Of a DNA stretch of 64,000 nucleotides, positions 9,822 to 17,842 are shown piece after piece. The notes beneath the pieces were generated by a model, which saw only the letters and a program-made list of their open reading frames with translations, did not search any database and was not told where the DNA came from. Source of the DNA: Candidatus Zipacnadia bacterium (lineage in GTDB: Bacteria; Armatimonadota; Zipacnadia; Zipacnadales; UBA5352); the NCBI GenBank assembly GCA_029821635.1, contig JALGSW010000047.1, positions 5,026-69,025 on the forward strand, in the 5' to 3' direction. Within the stretch, counting starts at the first letter, position 1; every line of letters begins with the position of its first letter. The position numbers were made by a program, and so were the translations under genes.

Positions 9822-10590
9822 ATGGCTGAAGCGAAGCTGATCAACCCCTATCCGGACGCGCTGACCGAGGTGGAGATGCGCTACTGCCCCGGCTGCACGC
9901 ACGGCACCGCGCACCGGCTGGTGGCCGAGGACCGTCGCGATCGCCACCGTCGGCTGCTCGGTCTACGCGTACGAGTACTTCAACACCGACTCGGTGCAGG
10001 CCGCGCACGGTCGCGGACCGGCGGTCGCCACCGGCATCAAGCGCGTGCATCCCGACTCGGTGGTCTTCACCTACCAGGGCGACGGCGACCTCGCGTCGAT
10101 CGGCATGGCGGAGATCGTCCACGCCGCGTCGCGCGGTGAGAACTTCACCGTCATCTTCATCAACAACGCGGTCTTCGGCATGACGCAGGGGCAGATGGCC
10201 CCAACCACGCTCATCGGGCAGAAGACCACCACCTCGCCGCGCGGGCGCACCGCCGCCGAGGCCGGCTGGCCGATCCGCATCTGCGAGCTACTGGACACGC
10301 TCGAGGGCCCGGCATACATCGCACGGGAGGCGCTCACGACGCCGCCGCGCATCCGCAGCGCAAAGAAGTCGATCCGGCGGGCGTTCGAGGCGCAGCTTGC
10401 GGGCGAGGGCTTCGGCATCGTGGAGCTGCTGAGCACCTGCCCGACGTGGTGGGGCATGGACCCGCTGGAGGCGATCAGACACATTGACGACACGATGGTC
10501 GAGCACTACCCGCTGCGCGTCTTCCGCGACCGGCCGGCCGCACACGACCGGCCCGCCGGGCAGCAGGAGGAGGCCGGTTCCGATGCGTGA
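9822..10590 (+). pseudogene. 2-oxoacid:ferredoxin oxidoreductase beta (TPP-binding) subunit, disrupted by frameshift/internal deletion near 9930
   Basis: N-terminus MAEAKLINPYPDALTEVEMRYCPGCTHGTAHRLVAE reads in the frame of 9822 (RBS AGGAAGG). The rest, TVAIATVGCSVYAYEYFNTDSVQAAHGRGPAVATGIKR...GDGD...FINNAVFGMTQGQ, reads in frame +1 from 9931. See finding. This could also be an assembly error. Confidence 0.6.
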
Positions 10591-11128
10591 GGAGCTCTTC
10601 ATGGCGGGCCTCGGCGGTCAGGGCGTCAACCTCGCGGGGCAGCTCGTTGGCCGCGCGGGGATGGACGCCGGGCTGAACGTCTCGTGGTTCCCGATCTACT
10701 CGCCCGAGGTGCGCGGCGGCAGTTCGACCTGCACGATCGTGCTCAGCGACGGGCGCGTGGGCAGCCCGACCTCCGAGCACCCCAGTTCGATGGTGCTCAT
10801 GGACACCAGTTCGGCGGAGTGCTTCGCGGGCAACCTGGCGGAGGGCGGACTGCTGATCGTCAACAGCTCGCTGATCCGCCACGTGCCGGTGAGTGAGGGC
10901 TGCCGGCTGATCGAGATCCCGGCGAATCAGATCGCCGCGGAGATCGGGAATGACCGCACGGTCAACATGGCGTTGATCGGCGCCTGGGCGGCCGGGACGG
11001 GCGCGTTGACGGTTGATGACGTGGCGCGGTCGCTGCGGGAGATGCTGCCCGAGCGCCATCACGTGCACATGCCGGACAACCAGTTGGCACTCGAGCGCGG
11101 CGCACAGATCGCCCGCGAGGCCGACTGA
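10583..11128 (+). CDS. 2-oxoacid:ferredoxin oxidoreductase gamma subunit
   Basis: MREELFMAGLGGQGVNLAGQLVGRAGMDAGLNVSWFPIYSPEVRGG, typical gamma subunit. ATG 10583 overlaps the beta stop, with AGGAGGAGG RBS. Confidence 0.9.
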   Translation: MREELFMAGLGGQGVNLAGQLVGRAGMDAGLNVSWFPIYSPEVRGGSSTCTIVLSDGRVGSPTSEHPSSMVLMDTSSAECFAGNLAEGGLLIVNSSLIRHVPVSEGCRLIEIPANQIAAEIGNDRTVNMALIGAWAAGTGALTVDDVARSLREMLPERHHVHMPDNQLALERGAQIAREAD

Positions 11129-11160
11129 GGGACACTTGCCGCAGGAGGGAGAACTCCGTA

Positions 11161-11802
11161 ATGCTCGGAAAGATCGATCAGTTCGCAGACGAGGCGCGCG
11201 AGCGCCTGGCGTCAATCCACGTCGACCGCGAGAAGGCGTACACGACCTCGCGGGAGGTGGTGCAGTCGTCATCCACGACGATCAAGGCCGTGCACCGCGG
11301 CGAGTTCGAGGCGGCGCGCGAGCAGGTGCAGAAGACGCGTGAGTTGCGCGACCAGATGATGGCGGCGGTGGAGGCGAGCCCGGAGATCGGCTACTCCGGC
11401 TTCGTGGGCGACGCCTCGCGGGAGTACGCCGAGGCGGCGCTGGTGCTGGCGCTGATCGCCGAGGGCGAGCTGCCCGGGGCGAAGGAGATCGGCGTGGACT
11501 ACGCAGACTGGCTCAACGGCCTCGGAGACACGGTGGGCGAGTTGCGCCGGCACGTGCTGGATCTGATCCGCGCGGACCGCGTGGACGAGGCGGAAAAGTT
11601 CCTGCACATGATGGACGAGATCTTCCAGATGCTGATGAGCTTCGACTACCCGCAGGCGGTGACGAAGGGCCTGCGGACGCGCTCGGACCAGGCACGCGGG
11701 GCGGTGGAGCGCACGCGCGGGGATCTGACCAACGCCCTGCGCCAGTCGCGGCTCGAGGCGCGCATGAGGCAGCTCCAGGAGGCGCTGGAGGCCGGAGAGT
11801 GA
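11161..11802 (+). CDS. Translin-family protein
   Basis: 213 aa. Pattern AVHRGEFEAA...YSGFVGDASREYAEA...YADWLNGLGDTVGELRR matches the translin/TRAX family signature (Y..GL.D..GEL.R). Confidence 0.65.
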   Translation: MLGKIDQFADEARERLASIHVDREKAYTTSREVVQSSSTTIKAVHRGEFEAAREQVQKTRELRDQMMAAVEASPEIGYSGFVGDASREYAEAALVLALIAEGELPGAKEIGVDYADWLNGLGDTVGELRRHVLDLIRADRVDEAEKFLHMMDEIFQMLMSFDYPQAVTKGLRTRSDQARGAVERTRGDLTNALRQSRLEARMRQLQEALEAGE

Positions 11803-11841
11803 CCGCGAGCACGCTCCCCGGTTGATTCAGGCCGATTGGCC

Positions 11842-11870
11842 TTGACGCCTGTGGACGCATCAGATACAAT
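11842..11870 (+). promoter_or_regulatory. Sigma-70-type promoter of the rplU-rpmA operon
   Basis: TTGACG (11842-11847), 17-nt spacer, TACAAT (11865-11870). Followed by an approximately 90-nt leader with two hairpins (GGCGCGGGtgagGCCCGCGCC; TTGTCGT...ACGACAA). Confidence 0.7.
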
Positions 11871-11963
11871 ACTTGTCCGCCGGTCGATGGCGCGGGTGAG
11901 GCCCGCGCCGTTGACTGTTTGTCGTTGTCCGGGTCTGAGTAGTACGACAAGAGGAGCAGCGCC

Positions 11964-12278
11964 ATGTACGCGATAGTTGAGATAGGCGGGCGGCAGCACA
12001 TCATCGAGCCCGAGAAGATCGTCAAGGTGGACCGGCAGGCCGAGGAGACCGGCGAGCAGGTCACGCTGGGTAAGGTCCTGGCGATCAAGGACGACGACGG
12101 CGAACTGCGCGTCGGGCGGCCCTACATCGAGGGAGCCAGCGTTACCGCGCGGGTCATGCAGCAGGGCCGCGACCGCAAAATCACGGTCGTGAAGTACAAG
12201 GCGAAGAAGCACTATCGCCGCAAGGTCGGGCACCGGCAGCACTTCACCCAGCTCGAGATCCTCGCGATCGAGGGCTGA
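11964..12278 (+). CDS. rplU: 50S ribosomal protein L21
   Basis: [24 protein letters not shown]...[23 protein letters not shown]. Confidence 0.95.
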   Translation: MYAIVEIGGRQHIIEPEKIVKVDRQAEETGEQVTLGKVLAIKDDDGELRVGRPYIEGASVTARVMQQGRDRKITVVKYKAKKHYRRKVGHRQHFTQLEILAIEG

Positions 12279-12328
12279 GCGCCCGGACCGCTACACATTC
12301 GATTCCTCCGTGACGGGAGTTGACGCAG

Positions 12329-12598
12329 ATGGCGCACAAGAAGGGTATGGGCAGTACTCGGAACGGTCGGGACAGCCGCTCCAAGCGGCTGGGCCCGAAG
12401 CAGTTCGGAGGCCAGAAAGTGAAGGCCGGCAACATCATCGTGCGCCAGCGCGGGACGAAGTTCCGCCCCGGGCGCAACGTGGGCATCGGCAGGGATCACA
12501 CGATCTTCGCGAAGGCCGACGGCGTCGTGCAGTACGAGCAGAGCGGCGCCAACAAGGTCATCAGCGTCTGGCCCGAAGAGGCGCCGGTGGCGTCGTAG
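12329..12598 (+). CDS. rpmA: 50S ribosomal protein L27
   Basis: [55 protein letters not shown] 12329 has GGGAG 9 nt upstream. The ORF track begins at a TTG 9 nt earlier. Confidence 0.93.
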   Translation: MAHKKGMGSTRNGRDSRSKRLGPKQFGGQKVKAGNIIVRQRGTKFRPGRNVGIGRDHTIFAKADGVVQYEQSGANKVISVWPEEAPVAS

Positions 12599-12628
12599 CG
12601 ACCGCTCCCATCCATTAGCGACTTAAGG

Positions 12629-12663
12629 CTGCCGGCACACTTTGTGCCGGCAGTCTGCGTTTC
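12629..12663 (+). terminator. Rho-independent terminator/attenuator hairpin after rpmA
   Basis: CTGCCGGCAC-acttt-GTGCCGGCAG (perfect 10-bp stem) followed by tctgcgtttc. Confidence 0.6.
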
Positions 12664-12686
12664 ATGGGACGATCACAGGAGAAATC

Positions 12687-13994
12687 ATGAACACCTTCAT
12701 TGACGAGGCGGAGATCACCGTGCGCGCCGGTGACGGTGGCGACGGCATCGTGAGCTTCCGGCGAGAGTCGTACGAGCCGCACGGTGGCCCCAGCGGCGGC
12801 GACGGTGGCGACGGCGGCGACGTGTACCTTGAGGTCAAGGACGACATGCGTACGCTGCTTGACTTCAAGTACCGGAACCTCTTCAAGGCCGAACACGGGA
12901 AGACGGGCACCTCGAAGAAGCACCGAGGGCGCAACGGCGAGACGCTGGTCATCCCCGTTCCGCCGGGCACGACCGTGCACGACCTCGACCTGAAGCAGCA
13001 GGTGGCCGACCTCGTATACCCCGGCCAGCGGATGCTCGTGGCACACGGCGGCAAGGGCGGGCGCGGCAACGCACAGTTCGCCACGCCCAGCCGCCAGGCC
13101 CCGCGCTTCTGCCAGCTCGGCGCACCTGCTGAGGAGCGGCGCCTGCGCCTGGAACTCAAGCTCCTTGCGGACGTGGGCATCATCGGCTACCCGAACGTCG
13201 GCAAGTCCAGCTTCATCTCCGTGGTCTCGGCGGCGAAGCCCGAGGTGGCTGCGTACCCGTTCACGACGCTGCAGCCGAACCTGGGCGTGGTGCAGTTCGA
13301 GGACTTCAGCACGATCGTGGTCGCGGACCTGCCCGGCCTGATTGTCGGCGCGCACGAGGGCGTCGGTCTGGGCGATCAGTTCCTCCGGCACGTCGAGCGC
13401 ACGAAGCTGCTGGTGCACATGCTCGACGCCAGCGCGCTGGAGGGCCGCGACCCGCTGCAGGACTTCCGCGAGATCAACCACGAGCTGGAGATGTACGACG
13501 AGTCGCTGGCGGAGCTTGAGCAGGTCGTGGCGCTCAACAAGATGGACCTGCCGCAGGCGCGCGAGAACGAGCCCGAGCTGCGCGCGACACTCGAGTCGGA
13601 GGGCTACCGGGTCTTCGCGATCTCCGCAGCGACCTCCCAGGGGACCGAGCCGCTGGTGGACTATCTGCGCGAGCGGCTGTTCGCGTACGGGTATGAGGTC
13701 GAGCCGGAGGCGCCGAGCGAGGATCAGATGGAGCTGCAGATCCTGCCGCTGCCGTGGCGCAAGCAGGCGGTGCGGCGGTTGGATGAGGACACGATGGAGG
13801 TCAGCGGCTCGCGGATCGAGCGGCTGGCTGCTACCGTGGACATGGACGCCGACGAGGCCGTCGCGTGGTTCCAGGAGCAGCTCGACGAGCAGGGCGTGCT
13901 CAAGGCCCTACGCCGGGAGGGCGTGGAGGAGGGCGACACGATCGCTATCGGCCGCGTCGAGTTCGTCTACACCACGCAGTTGCCGACGAAGTAG
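12687..13994 (+). CDS. obg: GTPase Obg/CgtA
   Basis: MNTFIDEAEITVRAGDGGDGIVSFRRE (Obg fold, Gly-rich), G-domain GYPNVGKSS / DLPGLI / NKMD, C-terminal OCT-like domain. Start ATG 12687 after AGGAG. Confidence 0.95.
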   Translation: MNTFIDEAEITVRAGDGGDGIVSFRRESYEPHGGPSGGDGGDGGDVYLEVKDDMRTLLDFKYRNLFKAEHGKTGTSKKHRGRNGETLVIPVPPGTTVHDLDLKQQVADLVYPGQRMLVAHGGKGGRGNAQFATPSRQAPRFCQLGAPAEERRLRLELKLLADVGIIGYPNVGKSSFISVVSAAKPEVAAYPFTTLQPNLGVVQFEDFSTIVVADLPGLIVGAHEGVGLGDQFLRHVERTKLLVHMLDASALEGRDPLQDFREINHELEMYDESLAELEQVVALNKMDLPQARENEPELRATLESEGYRVFAISAATSQGTEPLVDYLRERLFAYGYEVEPEAPSEDQMELQILPLPWRKQAVRRLDEDTMEVSGSRIERLAATVDMDADEAVAWFQEQLDEQGVLKALRREGVEEGDTIAIGRVEFVYTTQLPTK

Positions 13995-14072
13995 CGGGGC
14001 GCGCCCGCGTTGCCGCGAGCGGGGGCATCTGGTATGCTTGGGGCGCGCCAGCGAGATTCGTGGAAGGTGAGG

Positions 14073-14315
14073 ATGATGGGAGACTGGCAGGGACATATCA
14101 GCATTGACCCCGATGTGATGGTTGGCAAGCCATGCATCATGGGCACGCGGGTTCCTGTTGAGGACATTCTCCAGAAGCTAGCGGCGGACATACCCATCCC
14201 GGACATACTGCGCGACTACCCGAGAGTCACGCGCGAGGACGTGCTGGCGGCATTGGCGTTTGCTGCCGCGTCGATGGGCGCCGAAGAGATCATTGTGACG
14301 GAGCGCACGGCGTGA
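14073..14315 (+). CDS. DUF433-domain putative antitoxin
   Basis: GHISIDPDVMVGKPCIMGTRVPVEDILQKLA...ILRDYPRVTREDVLAALAF is the DUF433 signature. Overlaps the downstream gene by 4 nt. Confidence 0.8.
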   Translation: MMGDWQGHISIDPDVMVGKPCIMGTRVPVEDILQKLAADIPIPDILRDYPRVTREDVLAALAFAAASMGAEEIIVTERTA

Positions 14316-14671
14316 AGTGGTTCGCTGACGAGAGCGTAGAGATGCCGGTGGTCGATGCGCTGCGAGCGGAGGGCCACGATGTGGTCGCCGTGAGCGAGGT
14401 GTCGCCAAGCATCAGGGACGAGGACGTGCTGCTCGACGCAACAAGGCGCGGCCGCGTGTTGATCGCCAACGACAAGGACTTCGGTCAGCTCGTGTTCAGC
14501 CGCGGCTTATCGGCGGCAGGTGTCGTCCTGCTTCGCTTGAGCAATCCAGACGCAGTTGCGAAAGCGGAGCGGCTGACGGACTTACTGCCCGCCATTCTGG
14601 GCAAAGTCAGAGGCCACTTCGTGGTCGTGGGTGACGCCACAATCAGGATACGGCCGCTGGGGCTGAGTTGA
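14312..14671 (+). CDS. DUF5615 / PIN-like (Mut7-C-like) putative toxin
   Basis: MKWFADESVEMPVVDALRAEGHDVVAV....DEDVL..A...GRVLIANDKDFGQLVF is typical of DUF5615 proteins paired with DUF433. Confidence 0.75.
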   Translation: MKWFADESVEMPVVDALRAEGHDVVAVSEVSPSIRDEDVLLDATRRGRVLIANDKDFGQLVFSRGLSAAGVVLLRLSNPDAVAKAERLTDLLPAILGKVRGHFVVVGDATIRIRPLGLS

Positions 14672-14712
14672 CCTCATAGACTGAGCAACGAACTGCAGGA
14701 GGGACGGAACGC

Positions 14713-15651
14713 GTGCCTGAGGTCAGGGAACACGAACTGGTGATTGTCGGAGGCGGGGCGGCGGGGCTTACCGCCGGGATGTACGCGATGCGCTACGGTC
14801 TTGAGCTGGTGCTGCTGGCGATCGGTGGGCCGGGCGGGCAGACCGCCACCGCAACGATCATCGAGAACTTCCCCGGATTCCCCGACGGAATCACCGGGGC
14901 AGAGCTCATCATGCGCCTGAGCCAGCAGGCGCAGAACTTCGGCGTGACCTTCGAGAGCGCGGAGGTCCAGCGGATCGAGCCCGCGGACAGCCGCTGGCGT
15001 CTGGACTGCGGGTCCACGCAGATCGTGGCCAACGCGGTCATCCTCGCGGTAGGCGCGAGCCCGCGGAGGCTAAATATCCCCGGCGAGCGCGACCTGTTCG
15101 GTAAGGGCGTCTCGTACTGCGCGACCTGCGACGGCTTCTTCTACCGCGGCAAGACCGTTGCGGTGATCGGCGGCGGGAACACCGCGGTCGAGGAGGCGCT
15201 GTACCTCTCGGACATCGCTGAGAAGGTCTACGTGGTGCACCGGCGCGATGAGCTACGGGCGGAGCTGATCCTGGCGGAGCGCGCGCTCAAGGTGGCGAAT
15301 CTCGAGTTCGTGTGGGATACGGTCCCGGCGCAGGTTCTCGGCGATGATTCCGGTGTAACCGGAATCGCCCTGCACAACAAGAAGACCAATGAGGACAGCG
15401 AGATCGCCGTGGATGGTGTGTTCGTGGCGATCGGCTACGCGCCGAACACAGGCTTCCTCGAGGGCCTGGTCGAACTCAAGGACGGTTTCGTCGTCACAGA
15501 TCAGAGGATGCGCACCTCACAGCCGGGCATCTTCGCGGCCGGTGATGTGCGCGACACGCCGCTTCGTCAGGTCACGACGGCCGTGGGCGATGCCGCGATC
15601 GCCGCGGACAGCGCGTACCGCTACGTCTCCGAACGGCGGAGCGAGCGCTGA
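14713..15651 (+). CDS. trxB: Thioredoxin-disulfide reductase
   Basis: GGGAAGLTAGMY (FAD), redox-active CATCDG, GGGNTAVEEALYL (NADPH), GIFAAGDV. GTG start with AGGAGGGA RBS. Confidence 0.93.
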   Translation: MPEVREHELVIVGGGAAGLTAGMYAMRYGLELVLLAIGGPGGQTATATIIENFPGFPDGITGAELIMRLSQQAQNFGVTFESAEVQRIEPADSRWRLDCGSTQIVANAVILAVGASPRRLNIPGERDLFGKGVSYCATCDGFFYRGKTVAVIGGGNTAVEEALYLSDIAEKVYVVHRRDELRAELILAERALKVANLEFVWDTVPAQVLGDDSGVTGIALHNKKTNEDSEIAVDGVFVAIGYAPNTGFLEGLVELKDGFVVTDQRMRTSQPGIFAAGDVRDTPLRQVTTAVGDAAIAADSAYRYVSERRSER

Positions 15652-15704
15652 GGGCGCGGCACGGTGACGGGACGCGATCACATCAGTGCATGGAGGTGGG
15701 CCAC

Positions 15705-17690
15705 GTGGTGTGCATGCCGCGTACGCTGAGGCTCCTGGTGGTCGGGACGGCTCTGGCCGCCCTGGTCATCGCAGGCACGGGCTGTGATGAGGGCGACGTC
15801 GAGCAGGTCCTCGGCGACATGTCCGCGGCCTCGATCGAGTCGGCCTACGAGGTGGACCGCGACCCGCTCATCAACGAGTGGCTCACCAATCGCGGACACA
15901 CGATCGTCAGTCACACTACCCGTCAGAACATCCCCTACGAGTTCACTGCGATCGAGACCGACCTCGTCAACGCCTTCGCAGCGCCCTATGGGCATGTCTA
16001 CGTCACCACCGGCTTCCTCGACTTCGTCGATACCGAGGACGAGGTCGCGGTGGTGCTGGCTCATGAGGTCGGGCACATCGTCCATCGCGACTCGATCCAC
16101 TCATTCAAGAACAGCCTCCTGTGGGGCGTGGTGACGCAGATCATCAGCGGGAAGTCGGAGACCGCCGGCCAGGTCGCCGGCATCGGCCTCGGGCTGCTGT
16201 CGCTGCAGTACTCGCGCGATGCGGAGTACGCCGCCGATGACGCGGGCACCGAGTTCGCCTACGCGGTGGGCTACGACCCGCACCGGGGCCTGGACTTCTT
16301 CGACCGGCTGAGGACCGACATCGAGAAGCGGCGACCGAGCCGCTGGGAGGTCTACTTCAGCACCCACCCGCGCACCGAGGACCGGATCAACCGGCAGCTC
16401 AAGCGCGCGGAGCTGAGCGACGACAACTCCGAGTCGCTGCTGCGCATCGCGCGCGGGTACATCCTGCGCGGGCAGCCCTCCCTCGCGGCGGAACTGCTGG
16501 AGAAGGGCATCAAGCTGGAGCCCAATCTTCCCGAGGCGCAGACGCTGCTTGGTGACGCGCTGGCGATGCGCGGCGATGTGACGCAGGCCCGCGACGCCTA
16601 CCGCTCCGCGCTGGAGCTCAACTCGAACATCCGCTACGCGCAGGCGCGGCTGGCGACGCTGCCGGAGAGGCCCACGCTCACGCTCGCGGGCATCGCACAG
16701 CAGGGCCGCCAGCAGGCCGCGGCGCTGCTGACGGAGCTGCCGGAGGTGCACACGACCGCGCAGACGACCGGCGAGAGCGTGCGGCGCTTCGAGGTGCAGA
16801 CGAATGCACAGCTCTCCGGGATCGCCGGCATGGTCCGGGGCATCAACGAGCGGCTGCTGGACCTCGCGGGCGATGACACGGAGGTCAGCGACGACACGCG
16901 CGACCTGGTCTCGCTCGGCAACTCCGCCATCGCGCGCGCGACCGAGTCGGTCTACGTGCTCGAGCGCGTGAACGAAAACCTGCACGAATCTTCGCTGGAT
17001 ATCCAGGCGCTGGTCGAGGAGACGCGCGGGGCGCTGCAGCAGGCGCAGGCGGGCGAGGGCAATCCGCAGGACGTGCCGGCGCTGCAGACTGCGCTGGGCG
17101 AGCTGAGGCGCGGGGTCGCGACGCTGGACCTAGCGATGGCCGAGGCGCCGAAGACGATGGGCGAGGTGGAAGGCGCGCAGCAATCCGCGCGTGAGGTGAC
17201 GGGGCTGATCGAGCTGGTGGTGCGACTGAACGATCCTGCGGACCTCAGCGCCGATCAGCTCAGAGCGGCGGCCGGGCGCACGGAGGGGCTGGCGTCGAAC
17301 GCGCTGGCGTCGGTCAATCGCGCGAAGCGGCAGAGCGTGAAGGCGAGCGGGCACGCGCTGGTGGCGCGGCTGAACCTGCTGGGCCTGCGCACCACGCCGG
17401 CGCAGCAGGAGGTCTACGACGCGCAGATCGCTCACATGATGCTGGTGCCGCAGGCGGCGGTGCGGTCGCTGCGGACGCAGGGCATGGGCTACGGTGAGAC
17501 GGCGCTGGCACTCGCGGCGTCGAAGAGCCTCTCCGCCGAGCCGGGGCGGTTCATCTCGTCCGTAACGGGAGCACTCGGCCCGATCGGCGCGGCGGTGGAG
17601 CAGGGCGCTGCGGTGGACAACGCCAACGTGCTGCTCAAGTTCCTCGCAGCCTCGATGCAGTCCGAGCGGGACGCGCGGACGCAGAGCTGA
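15705..17690 (+). CDS. M48-family zinc metalloprotease with TPR region and long helical C-terminal extension (lipoprotein-like)
   Basis: VLAHEVGHIVHRD (HExxH) and STHPRTEDR. Signal/lipobox-like LVIAGTGC. TPR-like segment, then about 330 aa of uncharacterised helical sequence. Start is ambiguous: GTG 15705 has the better GGAGG spacing, ATG 15714 is the alternative. Confidence 0.75.
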   Translation: MVCMPRTLRLLVVGTALAALVIAGTGCDEGDVEQVLGDMSAASIESAYEVDRDPLINEWLTNRGHTIVSHTTRQNIPYEFTAIETDLVNAFAAPYGHVYVTTGFLDFVDTEDEVAVVLAHEVGHIVHRDSIHSFKNSLLWGVVTQIISGKSETAGQVAGIGLGLLSLQYSRDAEYAADDAGTEFAYAVGYDPHRGLDFFDRLRTDIEKRRPSRWEVYFSTHPRTEDRINRQLKRAELSDDNSESLLRIARGYILRGQPSLAAELLEKGIKLEPNLPEAQTLLGDALAMRGDVTQARDAYRSALELNSNIRYAQARLATLPERPTLTLAGIAQQGRQQAAALLTELPEVHTTAQTTGESVRRFEVQTNAQLSGIAGMVRGINERLLDLAGDDTEVSDDTRDLVSLGNSAIARATESVYVLERVNENLHESSLDIQALVEETRGALQQAQAGEGNPQDVPALQTALGELRRGVATLDLAMAEAPKTMGEVEGAQQSAREVTGLIELVVRLNDPADLSADQLRAAAGRTEGLASNALASVNRAKRQSVKASGHALVARLNLLGLRTTPAQQEVYDAQIAHMMLVPQAAVRSLRTQGMGYGETALALAASKSLSAEPGRFISSVTGALGPIGAAVEQGAAVDNANVLLKFLAASMQSERDARTQS

Positions 17691-17713
17691 GCCCGACCGC
17701 CCACCCGAATACC

Positions 17714-17746
17714 ACCGGCCCGCGGCCAATGACGCCGCGGGTCGGT
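17714..17746 (+). terminator. Terminator-like hairpin after the M48 gene
   Basis: ACCGGCCCGCGGC-caatgac-GCCGCGGGTCGGT (13-bp stem with one G-U pair). Confidence 0.45.
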
Positions 17747-17842
17747 TCATGTACGCACGCGCGGCGAACAGGAGTCGGGGCCTCCGGCGCGGAAGTTCCC
17801 GCGCACAGAGAGCCCACCCGCTGCAGTGAAAGGGTGAGACGC

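Noticed and set aside
9900-9960. Programmed ribosomal frameshift in the oxidoreductase beta subunit.
   Set aside because: There is no slippery heptamer at the junction. About 10 conserved residues appear to be missing, which points to a deletion or assembly error rather than recoding.
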